From Trypanosoma brucei (Eukaryota), in contig CP000067.1 of NCBI GenBank assembly GCA_000002445.1, positions 1,152,001-1,216,000 on the forward strand: 64,000 nt of DNA, read 5' to 3'. This document shows, piece after piece, positions 1 to 9,943 of this stretch (position 1 is the stretch's first letter; every line of letters begins with the position of its first letter). The notes under the pieces were generated by a model. The model saw only the letters and a program-made list of their open reading frames with translations. It made no database searches and was not told the DNA's origin. A program made the translations under genes and the position numbers.

Positions 1-1147
1 TCTCCAGTACCATTTCTTCGAGTTTTCTCATTTCTACCAAAAGGTTCTCCAGCTCAGGTGGGAGATCCTCTTCCTCGACAAATCTCTTAGACTGAAGAGA
101 ATCGGATTCCTTACCTTCGGAAAGAAAACAATCACGCGCCTTTGCTCCTCGTGTGCTTCGTCTATCAGAGCTTACATCGGAACGACTGTCATTGCCGCGG
201 AGGTACGCATCACAGAACGGTCCATCCCTAGTGATCACATAATATGCCTTGTCAACTCGGCGCAACATCTCCTGCTCGCTAAGCGAACCCTCACGCATGG
301 GCTCTCCGAACCGTGGTGCAAGGTTCATAGGCATATGACACTGTGTGGCCCTCTCTGCCACACGCAGTGAGCCACACCACAAGAGCCACAGCCGATCTTT
401 CCCATCGCTCTTAAAGTACAAAACCATGCGTGTAATATATTTGTGCTCCGCGTGAAAGAAGTGCTTGATTATCTCCGCGCAAACGTTCTTTACCTCAAAT
501 GCTACGTGAGCGGAGACACCGCTCTCCTCGCTAAGGTACTCCGGCCCCTCATACGTCACTGTAACGACGAAGGGATCACTCTCAGCACGCTTTCTGTCTT
601 TAATGGGGTACTTGTTTGTACGTCGTTGAATCATGGCTATACGCGGGCTCCAGACAACTTTGATCACACTGTTGTGGTAACCCTTAGGGAAGACAAATCG
701 CTGAAGTATGCCGTTGCTCTTGTTTTTTCGTGCGACAAAAGCACCAATGTCGTCCTTGTTCAACACCTGCACCCGTGTTGTTGTCTCCGTTACGCCGTTG
801 TCCAAAATTTCTTCGTGGATGGACAAGTACGTGGCCACTATGGGAAAATTCTCCGCGACTTCGCGGCTGAAGCCGAACTCAATTGTGGCTGCATCCAAGT
901 CCTTTCCCTGCCGCCGCACGATTTCCTGGCCCCTCACATCAGTTGTGTACCATCCACGAGGAAAGTTATGTTCGTATACCACTGTGTCAGGAACAAAGAC
1001 ATTTCGGCATGGTTTCATTGTTTTGGGATCTCGTTTACACAAAAGATCATAGAAGGAGGTGATGATGTCGTCACCTTCCATGGGATGGTTCTTCATCCAT
1101 GACTTTACCCTCCTGCGGTTGCTCTTAGCTGTAAAGGCGTTTTTCAT
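1..1147 (-). CDS. 5' part of a protein-coding gene whose C-terminus lies beyond the left edge; conserved hypothetical protein, function not recognised
   Basis: Manual translation of the minus strand gives an unbroken frame of more than 380 codons from an ATG at 1147 (alternative in-frame ATG at 1096) down to position 1. It reads MKNAFTAKSNRRRVKSWMKNHPMEGDDIITSFYDLLCKRDPKTMKPCRNVFVPDTVVYEHNFPRGWYTTDVRGQEIV...LYFKSDGKDRLWLLWCGSLRVAERATQCHMPMNLAPRFGEPMREGSLSEQEMLRRVDKAYYVITRDGPF... It is absent from the ORF track only because it has no stop inside the window. A pyrimidine tract plus AG lies directly upstream on the minus strand (1150-1245). The listed + ORF 443-1102 is the antisense shadow of this gene. 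Confidence 0.55.
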   Translation of the reverse strand, partial: MKNAFTAKSNRRRVKSWMKNHPMEGDDIITSFYDLLCKRDPKTMKPCRNVFVPDTVVYEHNFPRGWYTTDVRGQEIVRRQGKDLDAATIEFGFSREVAENFPIVATYLSIHEEILDNGVTETTTRVQVLNKDDIGAFVARKNKSNGILQRFVFPKGYHNSVIKVVWSPRIAMIQRRTNKYPIKDRKRAESDPFVVTVTYEGPEYLSEESGVSAHVAFEVKNVCAEIIKHFFHAEHKYITRMVLYFKSDGKDRLWLLWCGSLRVAERATQCHMPMNLAPRFGEPMREGSLSEQEMLRRVDKAYYVITRDGPFCDAYLRGNDSRSDVSSDRRSTRGAKARDCFLSEGKESDSLQSKRFVEEEDLPPELENLLVEMRKLEEMVLE

Positions 1148-1149
1148 GT

Positions 1150-1245
1150 TTCCAGAATTGGTCTCTTGCGACCTACCCAATTTAAATAAAAAACAAAGCA
1201 GAAACTGAGAGAAAAACAAAGAGAAAATCCGGCAGATCGGCGAAG
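1150..1245 (-). promoter_or_regulatory. pyrimidine tract plus AG, candidate trans-splice acceptor region for the left-edge gene
   Basis: The minus strand reads ...ttttcttctctttgtttttctctcagtttctgctttgttttttatttaaattgggtaggtcgcaagag just upstream of the ATG at 1147. Confidence 0.45.
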
Positions 1246-3026
1246 ACACGGTGGGGCAAATGAGCATACAAACTTGGGCATGGGGCTCTACGAATATGTG
1301 TGCGCGCTCCGTACAGATATACGTTAACGACAAAGGAGCTCGAGATTACTTACTCGCTGGGTATTGGTATTCACTCCCTGATATTAACCTCATCTATTGC
1401 ACATACACACAAAAATGTCTTGTGTCTGATATGTTGTTCAGCGGCATGCTAGTCCCTCAACGATGGAAGTGAAAATGCTGATTGCTACTCGCTGTTCAAG
1501 CCTTCCTTTTCCTCCTCTGAAACCGCCACGGCCCGAGCCTAAACTCACCTTCTGCAGCTGAGTTGTTGACAAAGATGCTGCTGCTCCACACGCCGATTAA
1601 AATGGGCACCACTTCAAGACAACGGCGTCACACGCCCGTTGGACCACGGTCAAGCACCAATTCGTTGGAGCCCGAACACAGATCTGCCACAACGCCTGTG
1701 AAGGAAAAAGAGACACAGAACCATTGTGCTCCTCATGCCTTTCTGCGTTTCATTTGTATTTGAGTCGGCGGATCCTTCTGCGTCGATGACATCAACAACT
1801 ACGGACGCGATTAGTACGAATTCCTTGCCCTTGCGATGTCGGACGACCCTCCCCCATCCCACGCCTTTACGCAGTACCTATCTCAATTTCGTGACCTCAT
1901 TTTCCTTCCCCCCTCATTGTGTTCTGCCTCTACTTCGTTAGTCACTGGCGCACATCTTTGAAAACATGGGGCGCGACGCTACGCTCCGGTTATCAGTAAG
2001 GAAAAAGAGAGGGTGGGAAGAGAGTCAAATCGCAAAGAAATCACCGGGCATTTTTTTTTTTGAGAATGTCAATCACAGTGGTACGATATGCGAGGTGTAC
2101 AGCCACCCCATTACACCACACGCAAATCCGTCACACGAATGACAGAGATTAGTAACATTTTTCAAACGCACGCTACGAACAACACACACCCCGTAATAAA
2201 TATCAACGACATTATTACGTGTCTCGTTTCTTAGTGCATTAATGTGAGCGTGGATGTTCAACACAGGCACACACACATCGTTAGTATTAAAAGATGGGGG
2301 CGTAGGAAGACGGTGATAAGATAATCTAAGGGGTGAAACAATCCTCCCAATGAAATCTCACAGAATGAAATGGTCTGTAAAAGGAGGCTTATCATTAACC
2401 TCATACTAAAATTCACGGCATCAGCTTCGTTTCCCAACTCTATCGTTTCACCCACTCATTTCCCTTCCGTTACATTTCATGGTTTCCCCCCCCTCCCCCT
2501 GGTGACAGGGGATAAGAGCGGGTTGGTAAGCGCAAAGTGTTATGAAATGAACGGTGTATGCGCAACAGACTGTCACCTTTCGTTATCCAATTTCAAGTGA
2601 ACATATACCCTTCCCTGTTTTTGTACTCTTCTCTCCTCTTTCCCCTCCTCAATGCTTCCCTTGCCTTCCCTTTCTTCTCGCGTCTTACTGTTTTGTTTTA
2701 TGTTTCCGTTTTGTTACACTTATTTTTTATCTTCTTTTTTCGTTCCTCACGATAAATATAATATTGATAGAAGCGCCCAATGGAGGTCAAACGACCGAAG
2801 TCCCATTCGCGAAAAGCAATTTGTCTTGCTTCGTCTCCTCTCAGTTGCTTCAGCCGTAACAAGCCTCGTTCTGTTCTTATGTTTACCTGTTTTTTATGAG
2901 ATAATTTACGTCCCCTTCGTTTCTTCCACACCCTCCTATTCGACGATACATGACTGTTTTATCCCTTATATTCACATCGCTCCGCCAACCGTCGAAGCGA
3001 AGGTCGCATCAAACTTAGCAGTAGCT

Positions 3027-5507
3027 TTACTTCACCAGAAGCCCTCCCAGCTTGGACTGCACAACCGGGGCGAACACTACTGAAATGATGGCCATTAACT
3101 TCACAAGAATATTCAGCGCTGGACCCGACGTGTCCTTCAGTGGGTCTCCAACCGTATCGCCAATCACCGCAGCCGCGTGCTGAGGCGAACCTTTTCCTTT
3201 ACTCTTGTCACGTAGGCCACCCTTCTCAATATATTTCTTTGCGTTATCCCACGCCCCACCAGTGTTGGAGGCGCTGATGGCCACTTGCACACCAGAGACA
3301 AGTGCACCAGGAAGCAGCCCTGCAAGTGTGTAACGGCCAAACAAAATGCCAGTCACAATTGGAGCGAGCATCACCAGGCAAGCGGGGGCCACCATCTGCT
3401 GCAGTGCCGCACCCGTTGCAATGTTCACGCAACTCTCATAATCGGGCTCCTTCGTTCCAGCAGCCACGGCTGGATCCTGGAACTGGCGGCGGATCTCATT
3501 CACCATATCCATCGCTGCTACACCCACTGACTTCATCGTAAGGGCGGAAAACCAGTAAGGAAGCATGGCACCAAGGAGCAGGCCAGCCATCACTCGAGCA
3601 TCCAACAAATTAACAGTGGAGATGCCAACACGTGACACGTACGCTCCATACAGAGCCAACGCCACAAAAGCAGCGGAACCAATGGCAAAACCCTTTCCTA
3701 TTGCAGCGGTGGTATTACCTGCAGCGTCAAGCGCGTCAGTGATCTCACGGATTTCATGTCCCATGTGAGCCATTTCAGCAATGCCACCGGCATTGTCAGA
3801 AATGGGGCCGTAGGCATCAATTGTCAGCGCAATAGACATGGTGGACAGAATGCCCAGCGCAGCAAGCGCATATCCGTACAAACCCGCACAGTGGTGCGAA
3901 AGGTAAATCGTGAAAGCCATAGCCAGAATAGGAGGGAGCACCGAAATGTAACCGAGTGAAAGGCCGTAGATGATGTTCGTAGCGGCACCCGTTTCACACG
4001 ACTCTGCGATCTCCTGCACAGGACGATAGCTGTTGGAAGTGAAGTACTCAGTGGAGTAACCAATAAGAAGACCAGACCACAAACCGCATAGAACGCACAC
4101 CATTGCCCTCCACTTGGTAGTTTCTACTGCTCCAACGGTAAAGGCATCTGGAAGTGAGTAAGCCGTTATGAACACAAGCACAACCGTTGCGCCAATGGTT
4201 GACACCAGCAGCTGATGCTTGAGTGTGGGCTCGATGTCCTCAGCCCATTTCACACCACTGTTAGTTGCCGCAAGAAGTGCGGTACCAATACAAACGAAGA
4301 TACCACCGGCAGTGATCAAAAGCGGGTACATCATGCAGGTGAAGTCTGCGCTGAGCTCGGCGGAGCTTGCAGCAATAACCAGCGCCGCGCATGTCGCCTC
4401 ACCAAAGCTTCCAAAGAGATCAGAGCCCATGCCGGCAATATCACCAACGTTGTCACCGATGCAGTCGGCGATCACACCGGGGTTACGTGCGTCATCCTCG
4501 GGAATGTTCTTTTCCACTTTCCCTACAAGGTCGGCACCAACATCAGCGGCTTTGGTGTAAATACCACCTCCCACACGGCCGAAGCACGCCACGGATGACC
4601 CGCCCAATCCAAAAGCAGCGACACACTCGAACAATTCCGGCAACCTCTCGGCCGAGTCGCCAAAGTACGTCTGCATCAGTTTCACCGTGCAGAAGAGAGC
4701 AAACAGACCAATGGATGTGAGTGCGAAACCCATTGTGATGCCACCTCGGAACGCTGTTTGGAACGCCAAAGCGTAACCCCGAGATTGGCTGCCATTTGCC
4801 AACACGTCATCGTCGCTCCCACCGCTTCCTACAGTCGCCATGACGGCGGTGCGGGAGTTGGTATACACCGCAATGCGCATTCCAATCCAACCGGCAAGCA
4901 CAGACGTGAAGGCTCCAATAACAAATGCGTAAAGGGAAAATGCAGCATTCACCCACGGGGCCTCCACGGCCACCGGAGGCCGGCCGTCTTTCCCTTCGCC
5001 CTGCGGTGAGGACATGGCCACGCCAAGTAGGAAATAGAGCAAAGCACCGAACCCAAGCATAAATATGCCCATGTACCGATACTCTGCAAAAAGAAATGCG
5101 TTGGCACCGTCAGATACTCGCTTACTAATCACGTAGACGTTCCGCATCACCTCGTCAGTGAGATGAGCGTTACGCATGATATTACCCTTGCCAGGGGTGA
5201 TTTTAATGTCAGATGCAACATACCACCAGTACATGGCAAAACTGAAACCAAACGCACTAGCTAAGAAAATGATAGCAGTAGCTGTCGTGACACTCATCAC
5301 TTTAATACCACTTGTGATGGATACCGCGTCACCGGGTGCAATCGGTGAATCCACCTTGCCTCTTCCCCCCAGCTCCTGTTGGTAAGTTGTGGCATTTTCG
5401 ATTGGTTTGGGTGCTGTCTGCTCTTCAACCGTTGTGGCAACAGCAAGGCTGCATAAACATGCCGTCACTACGGCTGCTTTTAGAAGCAGCGGTGACATTT
5501 TAATCAT
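3027..5507 (-). CDS. VP1: vacuolar-type H+-translocating inorganic pyrophosphatase (V-PPase, acidocalcisome/vacuolar proton pump), 826 aa
   Basis: It is a long polytopic membrane protein carrying the H+-PPase diagnostic motifs. These include the PPi-binding loop GGGIYTKAADVGADLVGKVEKNIPEDDARNPGVIADCIGDNVGDIAGMGSDLFGSFGEATCAAL and the conserved C-terminal AIGDTVGDPLKDTSGPALNILVKLMAIISVVFAP. There are many hydrophobic helices. The symbol follows the T. brucei naming (TbVP1) and is tentative. Confidence 0.93.
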   Translation of the reverse strand: MIKMSPLLLKAAVVTACLCSLAVATTVEEQTAPKPIENATTYQQELGGRGKVDSPIAPGDAVSITSGIKVMSVTTATAIIFLASAFGFSFAMYWWYVASDIKITPGKGNIMRNAHLTDEVMRNVYVISKRVSDGANAFLFAEYRYMGIFMLGFGALLYFLLGVAMSSPQGEGKDGRPPVAVEAPWVNAAFSLYAFVIGAFTSVLAGWIGMRIAVYTNSRTAVMATVGSGGSDDDVLANGSQSRGYALAFQTAFRGGITMGFALTSIGLFALFCTVKLMQTYFGDSAERLPELFECVAAFGLGGSSVACFGRVGGGIYTKAADVGADLVGKVEKNIPEDDARNPGVIADCIGDNVGDIAGMGSDLFGSFGEATCAALVIAASSAELSADFTCMMYPLLITAGGIFVCIGTALLAATNSGVKWAEDIEPTLKHQLLVSTIGATVVLVFITAYSLPDAFTVGAVETTKWRAMVCVLCGLWSGLLIGYSTEYFTSNSYRPVQEIAESCETGAATNIIYGLSLGYISVLPPILAMAFTIYLSHHCAGLYGYALAALGILSTMSIALTIDAYGPISDNAGGIAEMAHMGHEIREITDALDAAGNTTAAIGKGFAIGSAAFVALALYGAYVSRVGISTVNLLDARVMAGLLLGAMLPYWFSALTMKSVGVAAMDMVNEIRRQFQDPAVAAGTKEPDYESCVNIATGAALQQMVAPACLVMLAPIVTGILFGRYTLAGLLPGALVSGVQVAISASNTGGAWDNAKKYIEKGGLRDKSKGKGSPQHAAAVIGDTVGDPLKDTSGPALNILVKLMAIISVVFAPVVQSKLGGLLVK

Positions 5508-5834
5508 CGCACACCTCCTTTTCTCACTTTTCTTGTCGCTTTGATATTACCTTTAAATCCCTTTTTTTAAAGGTCAGCTACGCCTACCCGCGTGATAATT
5601 TGGAAGTCTGACGAGACCAAATACGAAATAAGAATAGTCGTAAACAATAAATAGAGGAGCAAATGAATTAGAAGCAGTGAAAAAATCCCCTTTGTTCCTT
5701 CCCTACACTTCTCTTGCTGATGGATGAACCAAGACTGAGGTTACTCCACTGATATGTGAGACAAAATTAGGCACGTAAAAAAAAAAAGATACCCGGTGAT
5801 ACCGTAACGTTAAAGATTTAACGGCATAATTGAG

Positions 5835-5905
5835 AAAAATAGCAACCCACGAAAGAAGGGCAGAAAAAGATGTAGTAAATGGAATGCAAAATGAAAAAGA
5901 AGTGC
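5835..5905 (-). promoter_or_regulatory. pyrimidine tract, candidate splice-acceptor region for the V-PPase mRNA (5' UTR of about 300-350 nt)
   Basis: The plus strand at 5840-5900 is purine-rich (gaaagaagggcagaaaaagatgtagtaaatggaatgcaaaatgaaaaagaagtgccagaaggaaggagatgag), so the minus strand is pyrimidine-rich upstream of the ATG at 5507. Confidence 0.4.
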
Positions 5906-6796
5906 CAGAAGGAAGGAGATGAGCTCCAACATGAGCATAACTGCCGCAACGGTTACTGAATTAAAGGGGAAAAGGCAAAATCGTTATCAATACAGGTAAC
6001 TTTACATTGAGAGAAGTGCCTTTAAGTACGTGTTGCGGAGGCCACTGGTCAAAACACCAAGTACAACACAACAACGTTATTTCATGTCGTGTACTCTCGG
6101 TAAATGGGCAGCACCCGCAACTACCAGTAATTCGGTGTCATGTCTCTGTTCCATTCCTTCTAACCCTTGTGAAAAAAAAAGTAAACAAACAAATTGACTC
6201 CTCACCCATTTTTTCTTTTGGACAGTCACTAATGAAACTTTTTTGAGCAGGTAAAGCAAATAAACAAAAGAGACATAGCGGCAACAACTCCACAGCATAT
6301 CCCCCAAAGTATATTAAAAACTAACGATCAAGCGAAAAAATACAAGAACAGAGATACAAGACAAATATTTGAAAGTTATTAAAAGATGATGTAAAGCAAT
6401 ATCATAATGCATTATATTCAAATGATGGCGAAACATCAACCATACATGTGTACTCATGTATGAACCAACACAAGAAATAAGTTCAACGTAACCCAATGAT
6501 TGTTTCATTCGGTGCAACCACGGACATGGAGGCAAAAAAGGCAACCATAGTTAAAAAGAGGGAAAACGAAAAAGAAGAAAACAAGTATGTAACTACGCAA
6601 AGGATGTTGTTCAAATATTGTAGAGGTTGAAGAAATAGACGCACATGATGAAAAACGTTCCAGGTAAAGAGGGAGGGGGGCAACAAGCAGACATAAGTAC
6701 ACAGTGATGTGTTTATGTGTCGATTTCCGTGTTGGAGTGATTGCGCCCCCTGGGATGCACCACGCAATACGTCACCACGCGCTACCTGAATGATGT

Positions 6797-6822
6797 AATA
6801 TATATATATATACGTATATACA
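6797..6822. repeat. (TA)n microsatellite
   Basis: taatatatatatatatacgtatatacat. Confidence 0.9.
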
Positions 6823-8451
6823 TCGATATTCCCAGAGACTTCTCTGCGATTATAGTTTTGCAGTAGCGGCCTCGTGATCATTTGCTGTAGAGAAATACGA
6901 CATAGAGCTTTTCGATATCCCGATTCCCCTTCCCTCAAGGGAGATTGGTTGTGGGACGGTTCGTTCTCACCGCTTCTACCCGGATATTCATGCCGTTTCT
7001 GTGAGTCATTGTGATTCTGCCTATTTACGTCCTCCATTTTAAGACTGTTCAGTTATGTAATCTGTACCATCTATCAACCACTTGCTACTCACTGCTGCTG
7101 CCTCTGTTCTCAACCTGTGCAGGACTTCAGTGATCCTCCGCACTCAATACCGATGCTTGCTCACCCGTTGATACAGCCGGATCCCACTTGTCGTGTGTGG
7201 TGTGTTCGTCGTTATTTCCTTTTATTATGCCAATTTACTCATATGAGTCCGCATTATCGGCATCCAAATCAGGGAACTCAGTTTCATCTTGAGATAAGGC
7301 AGCTGTCCTGTTGGACAGATAGGAGCGGTCTCTCCTTCCATGAAACTTATTACCCACTATGGGTAGCGTAACCTCTAGGTGGTGCGCATCTCTCTCCTTA
7401 ACCGAACACTTTCCCCCATCATTCGTCTCAAGAAACTAGGAGCCTTGAAAGGCTCTCACGTATGCCAGGGCAGAGAAAACGTCAGGTACGGCCTCCACCT
7501 ACTGAATAACTGAAACCGTTGAGGCAGAAGCAGCCTCTGCTCCAAAGCGGTGCGACGCGATGTTTCTGCTGACATACCTGAACCGAGCGCTTCGACGGGC
7601 ATATTTTTGATAGTGGTGTTACAATCTCCTTCCTGCAGCGTGAAATCTGTTTCCACACTCCTATATCTCCGTATAACCAACGGCAAGGGACCCATTCACA
7701 CCAGTGGAGGCGTGCACTTCCCCACAGTCAGAAATGGAAAGGGTTTCCGTGCTTTTCCAATCTGCAGGCGACCCGGCGCAGCACATTTTGCACCAGAGAT
7801 ATTTCCCGACACCCCCTCATGTGCTGCAACTCATTTATTGGGGGTTGTGTATGAAGAAAAGCAGCCACTAATTCCTTCACATTATTTTCTAAGGAATGGG
7901 GAGGCAGTTTCTTCAGGGAAACCACCCATGATACATCGAGAGCCTCTTGCCCAGCACTTTGTTGCTTCACTTCAGCGGTCTCCTCATGCAAGATAACGTT
8001 TGCTTGCGTGTTGCCGCCTTTTTAGCTCGGCATGACCCTGTTGAGTAATTGGTAACATTTTTTTTCCCCTTTCTATCTCACTCTTTCCTCTCGTCTTGCA
8101 CGGTAAAGCTTTTCACCCCCTTTCCCCCTGTTTTCCACTCCTGTTGTGGTGCGTATAACTGACATAGTACAATATCCGTGTAGCCTCTGCAGGGAAACGT
8201 CAATTTGGGACGCTCACATCCCGGTCTTATTTATTTGTAAAGACATGTACAGAATTTTAATTTCCTTCTGTTATGTGCTTGTATATCTCCTTTGCCTTCC
8301 TTCGTTTTGTTTTTTACTTAAAAAATTAAAAGATAGTACCGTAAAATCCTTTCACTCTCTTGAAGATGTTTCTGACGCTTAACAGATGTGGTTTAACGGA
8401 CTCACCCGACCATGAGGTCTGCTCTCGCCTTCATCGTACGATTTTTATACA

Positions 8452-8500
8452 TTATATATACATATATACATACATGTATTTTTTTTTTTTTGGGGGGGGG
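8452..8500. repeat. compound simple repeat (TA/CA)n-T13-G9
   Basis: ttatatatacatatatacatacatgtatttttttttttttggggggggg. Confidence 0.9.
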
Positions 8501-8772
8501 TTATCAGATGACGCAAGTACACAAAAAGAAAGAATGAAGAAAAAATTTAGCCATAAAAAGTAATCAAAACATGATAGATACATGTACATACACATTAATA
8601 TAATGCAAAACATACATATACATGAAGAAGTTGTGCTTTGACAACATAAAAAAAAAATATGGCAGCGCCGACAGAACGCTGATATGACAGCCTAAGGCAC
8701 TGAAGCGTAAACTCCATAAGTTCGTGTGTATATTAAGAGACCTCATGAAAGTCGATTGTCACCAGCCGGCGC

Positions 8773-8805
8773 ATATATATATATATATATATATTTTTTT
8801 TTTTT
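8773..8805. repeat. (AT)n followed by a T12 homopolymer
   Basis: atatatatatatatatatatatatttttttttttt. Confidence 0.9.
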
Positions 8806-9943
8806 GTTTATATGGGGAAGGACTAAATGAATAAGTTAGGGACGAAGGGAATATTAGTTGCATTAACTCGCCACAGAAAAAAAAAAGTGGCCCCCGACCA
8901 ACATCTCTTCACTATACCACATGAATCTCTTCTTTTTATTTTTTCCAGGACAGGATTGAGCCGGTTGAAAGGGCGTGTGAAGACGTCATTCACAATATGC
9001 CGCGCCTCCCAAGCGGTAGAAAAGAAATCGCGAGAAGCGGTTGCCGAAATAAAATAATCAAAAATGCAAGAAAGCGAAGTGACGTAACAAACTCCAATTG
9101 AGGGAGGCACATACACGTGCGCGCACACCGCAATACCAACGTAAAAACACATGTAGGAACGGGAATAAAAGTGCTCTAAAACCCTGTTCAGTAATGTCTC
9201 GTAAAAGTGTGGAACATCAAACGAGAGTTCATGTGCTTTGCGCTTACCCGCGGATAATTGAGCAGATGCATGATAGGATCTCAAAAAGGCACATAGTTGT
9301 AGAAAAAAAAGAATAAAATCAGTTCCGAAGTTAATGAAAAAGTCTACGCATGTATATGTTGAAAACGTCAACAAATGCATGACCACAACGTTCCTGTGGC
9401 CAACTATATGGCATGATGGAGCAAGCGTGGCTATACAAGCACACCCTCCTCATAGCAAACAATAGTAATGTCAACAATAGGGGGGAGGCGGTACCTTTTT
9501 TAAAAAGAGGAGCAAAAGACAGAGGAGATGCAAGAACAGAATGGCGCCTTTTCTTCTCTTTGCTCAGCCCTTCGATCCACCGTTCTCCACGTGCGCCCCC
9601 TCCCTCTAAGGGTTTCCCCTTTACACTGCCAGACGATCCACCCGACACAAAATGTAGATATGCGAAAATGAACGAACAAATACATATGCGCAGTAAACAA
9701 GGAAAGGGCCGCATGATGGCTGCACCCACTCATTTATATATTCCCTTCCTGCCCACACCAACGTCTGGTGGTGTCTTGATATATGGAATAACGACATCAG
9801 TATATGAAAATAACATGCAAAACCATGCACACCGTGATGCGAAAGTATTCACATAAGAATGTTCTCTGAGAGTGTTCCGGTGACCTCAGACAAAAGACCA
9901 AAGAAATACGCACCACCCCCTTTTCTCCTTCTTTTCCGTTTAG

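Noticed and set aside
443-1102. 219-aa plus-strand ORF, the longest plus-strand ORF in the window
   Set aside because: It lies wholly within, and antisense to, a longer uninterrupted minus-strand frame (1-1147) that has a proper upstream pyrimidine tract plus AG. It has no recognisable motifs. Every other gene is on the minus strand.
2600-2760. Long pyrimidine-rich stretch on the plus strand in the V-PPase 3' flank, which could be a splice-acceptor tract for a plus-strand gene
   Set aside because: No credible plus-strand ORF follows it. The ORF 2652-3083 overlaps the V-PPase stop region and is low-complexity. It is more likely a purine-rich 3' UTR element of the minus-strand mRNA.
8488-8500. 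G9-G11 and C10 homopolymer runs (8492-8500, 49918-49927, 56887-56897, 63134-63142, 63579-63588) considered as possible functional G-rich elements
   Set aside because: They are isolated single runs with no clustering of four or more G-tracts, so there is no case for a quadruplex or regulatory role. Noted only as simple low-complexity sequence and possible sequencing-error hotspots.
6483-9386. Minus-strand ORFs of 184 aa (6483-7037) and 187 aa (8823-9386) in the long gap between the V-PPase and LRR genes
   Set aside because: Both read through microsatellite or homopolymer sequence (YTYIYIYYII; FFFLWRV). Their composition is extremely hydrophobic and low-complexity, and neither has an upstream pyrimidine tract plus AG in a sensible position. 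They are likely non-coding.
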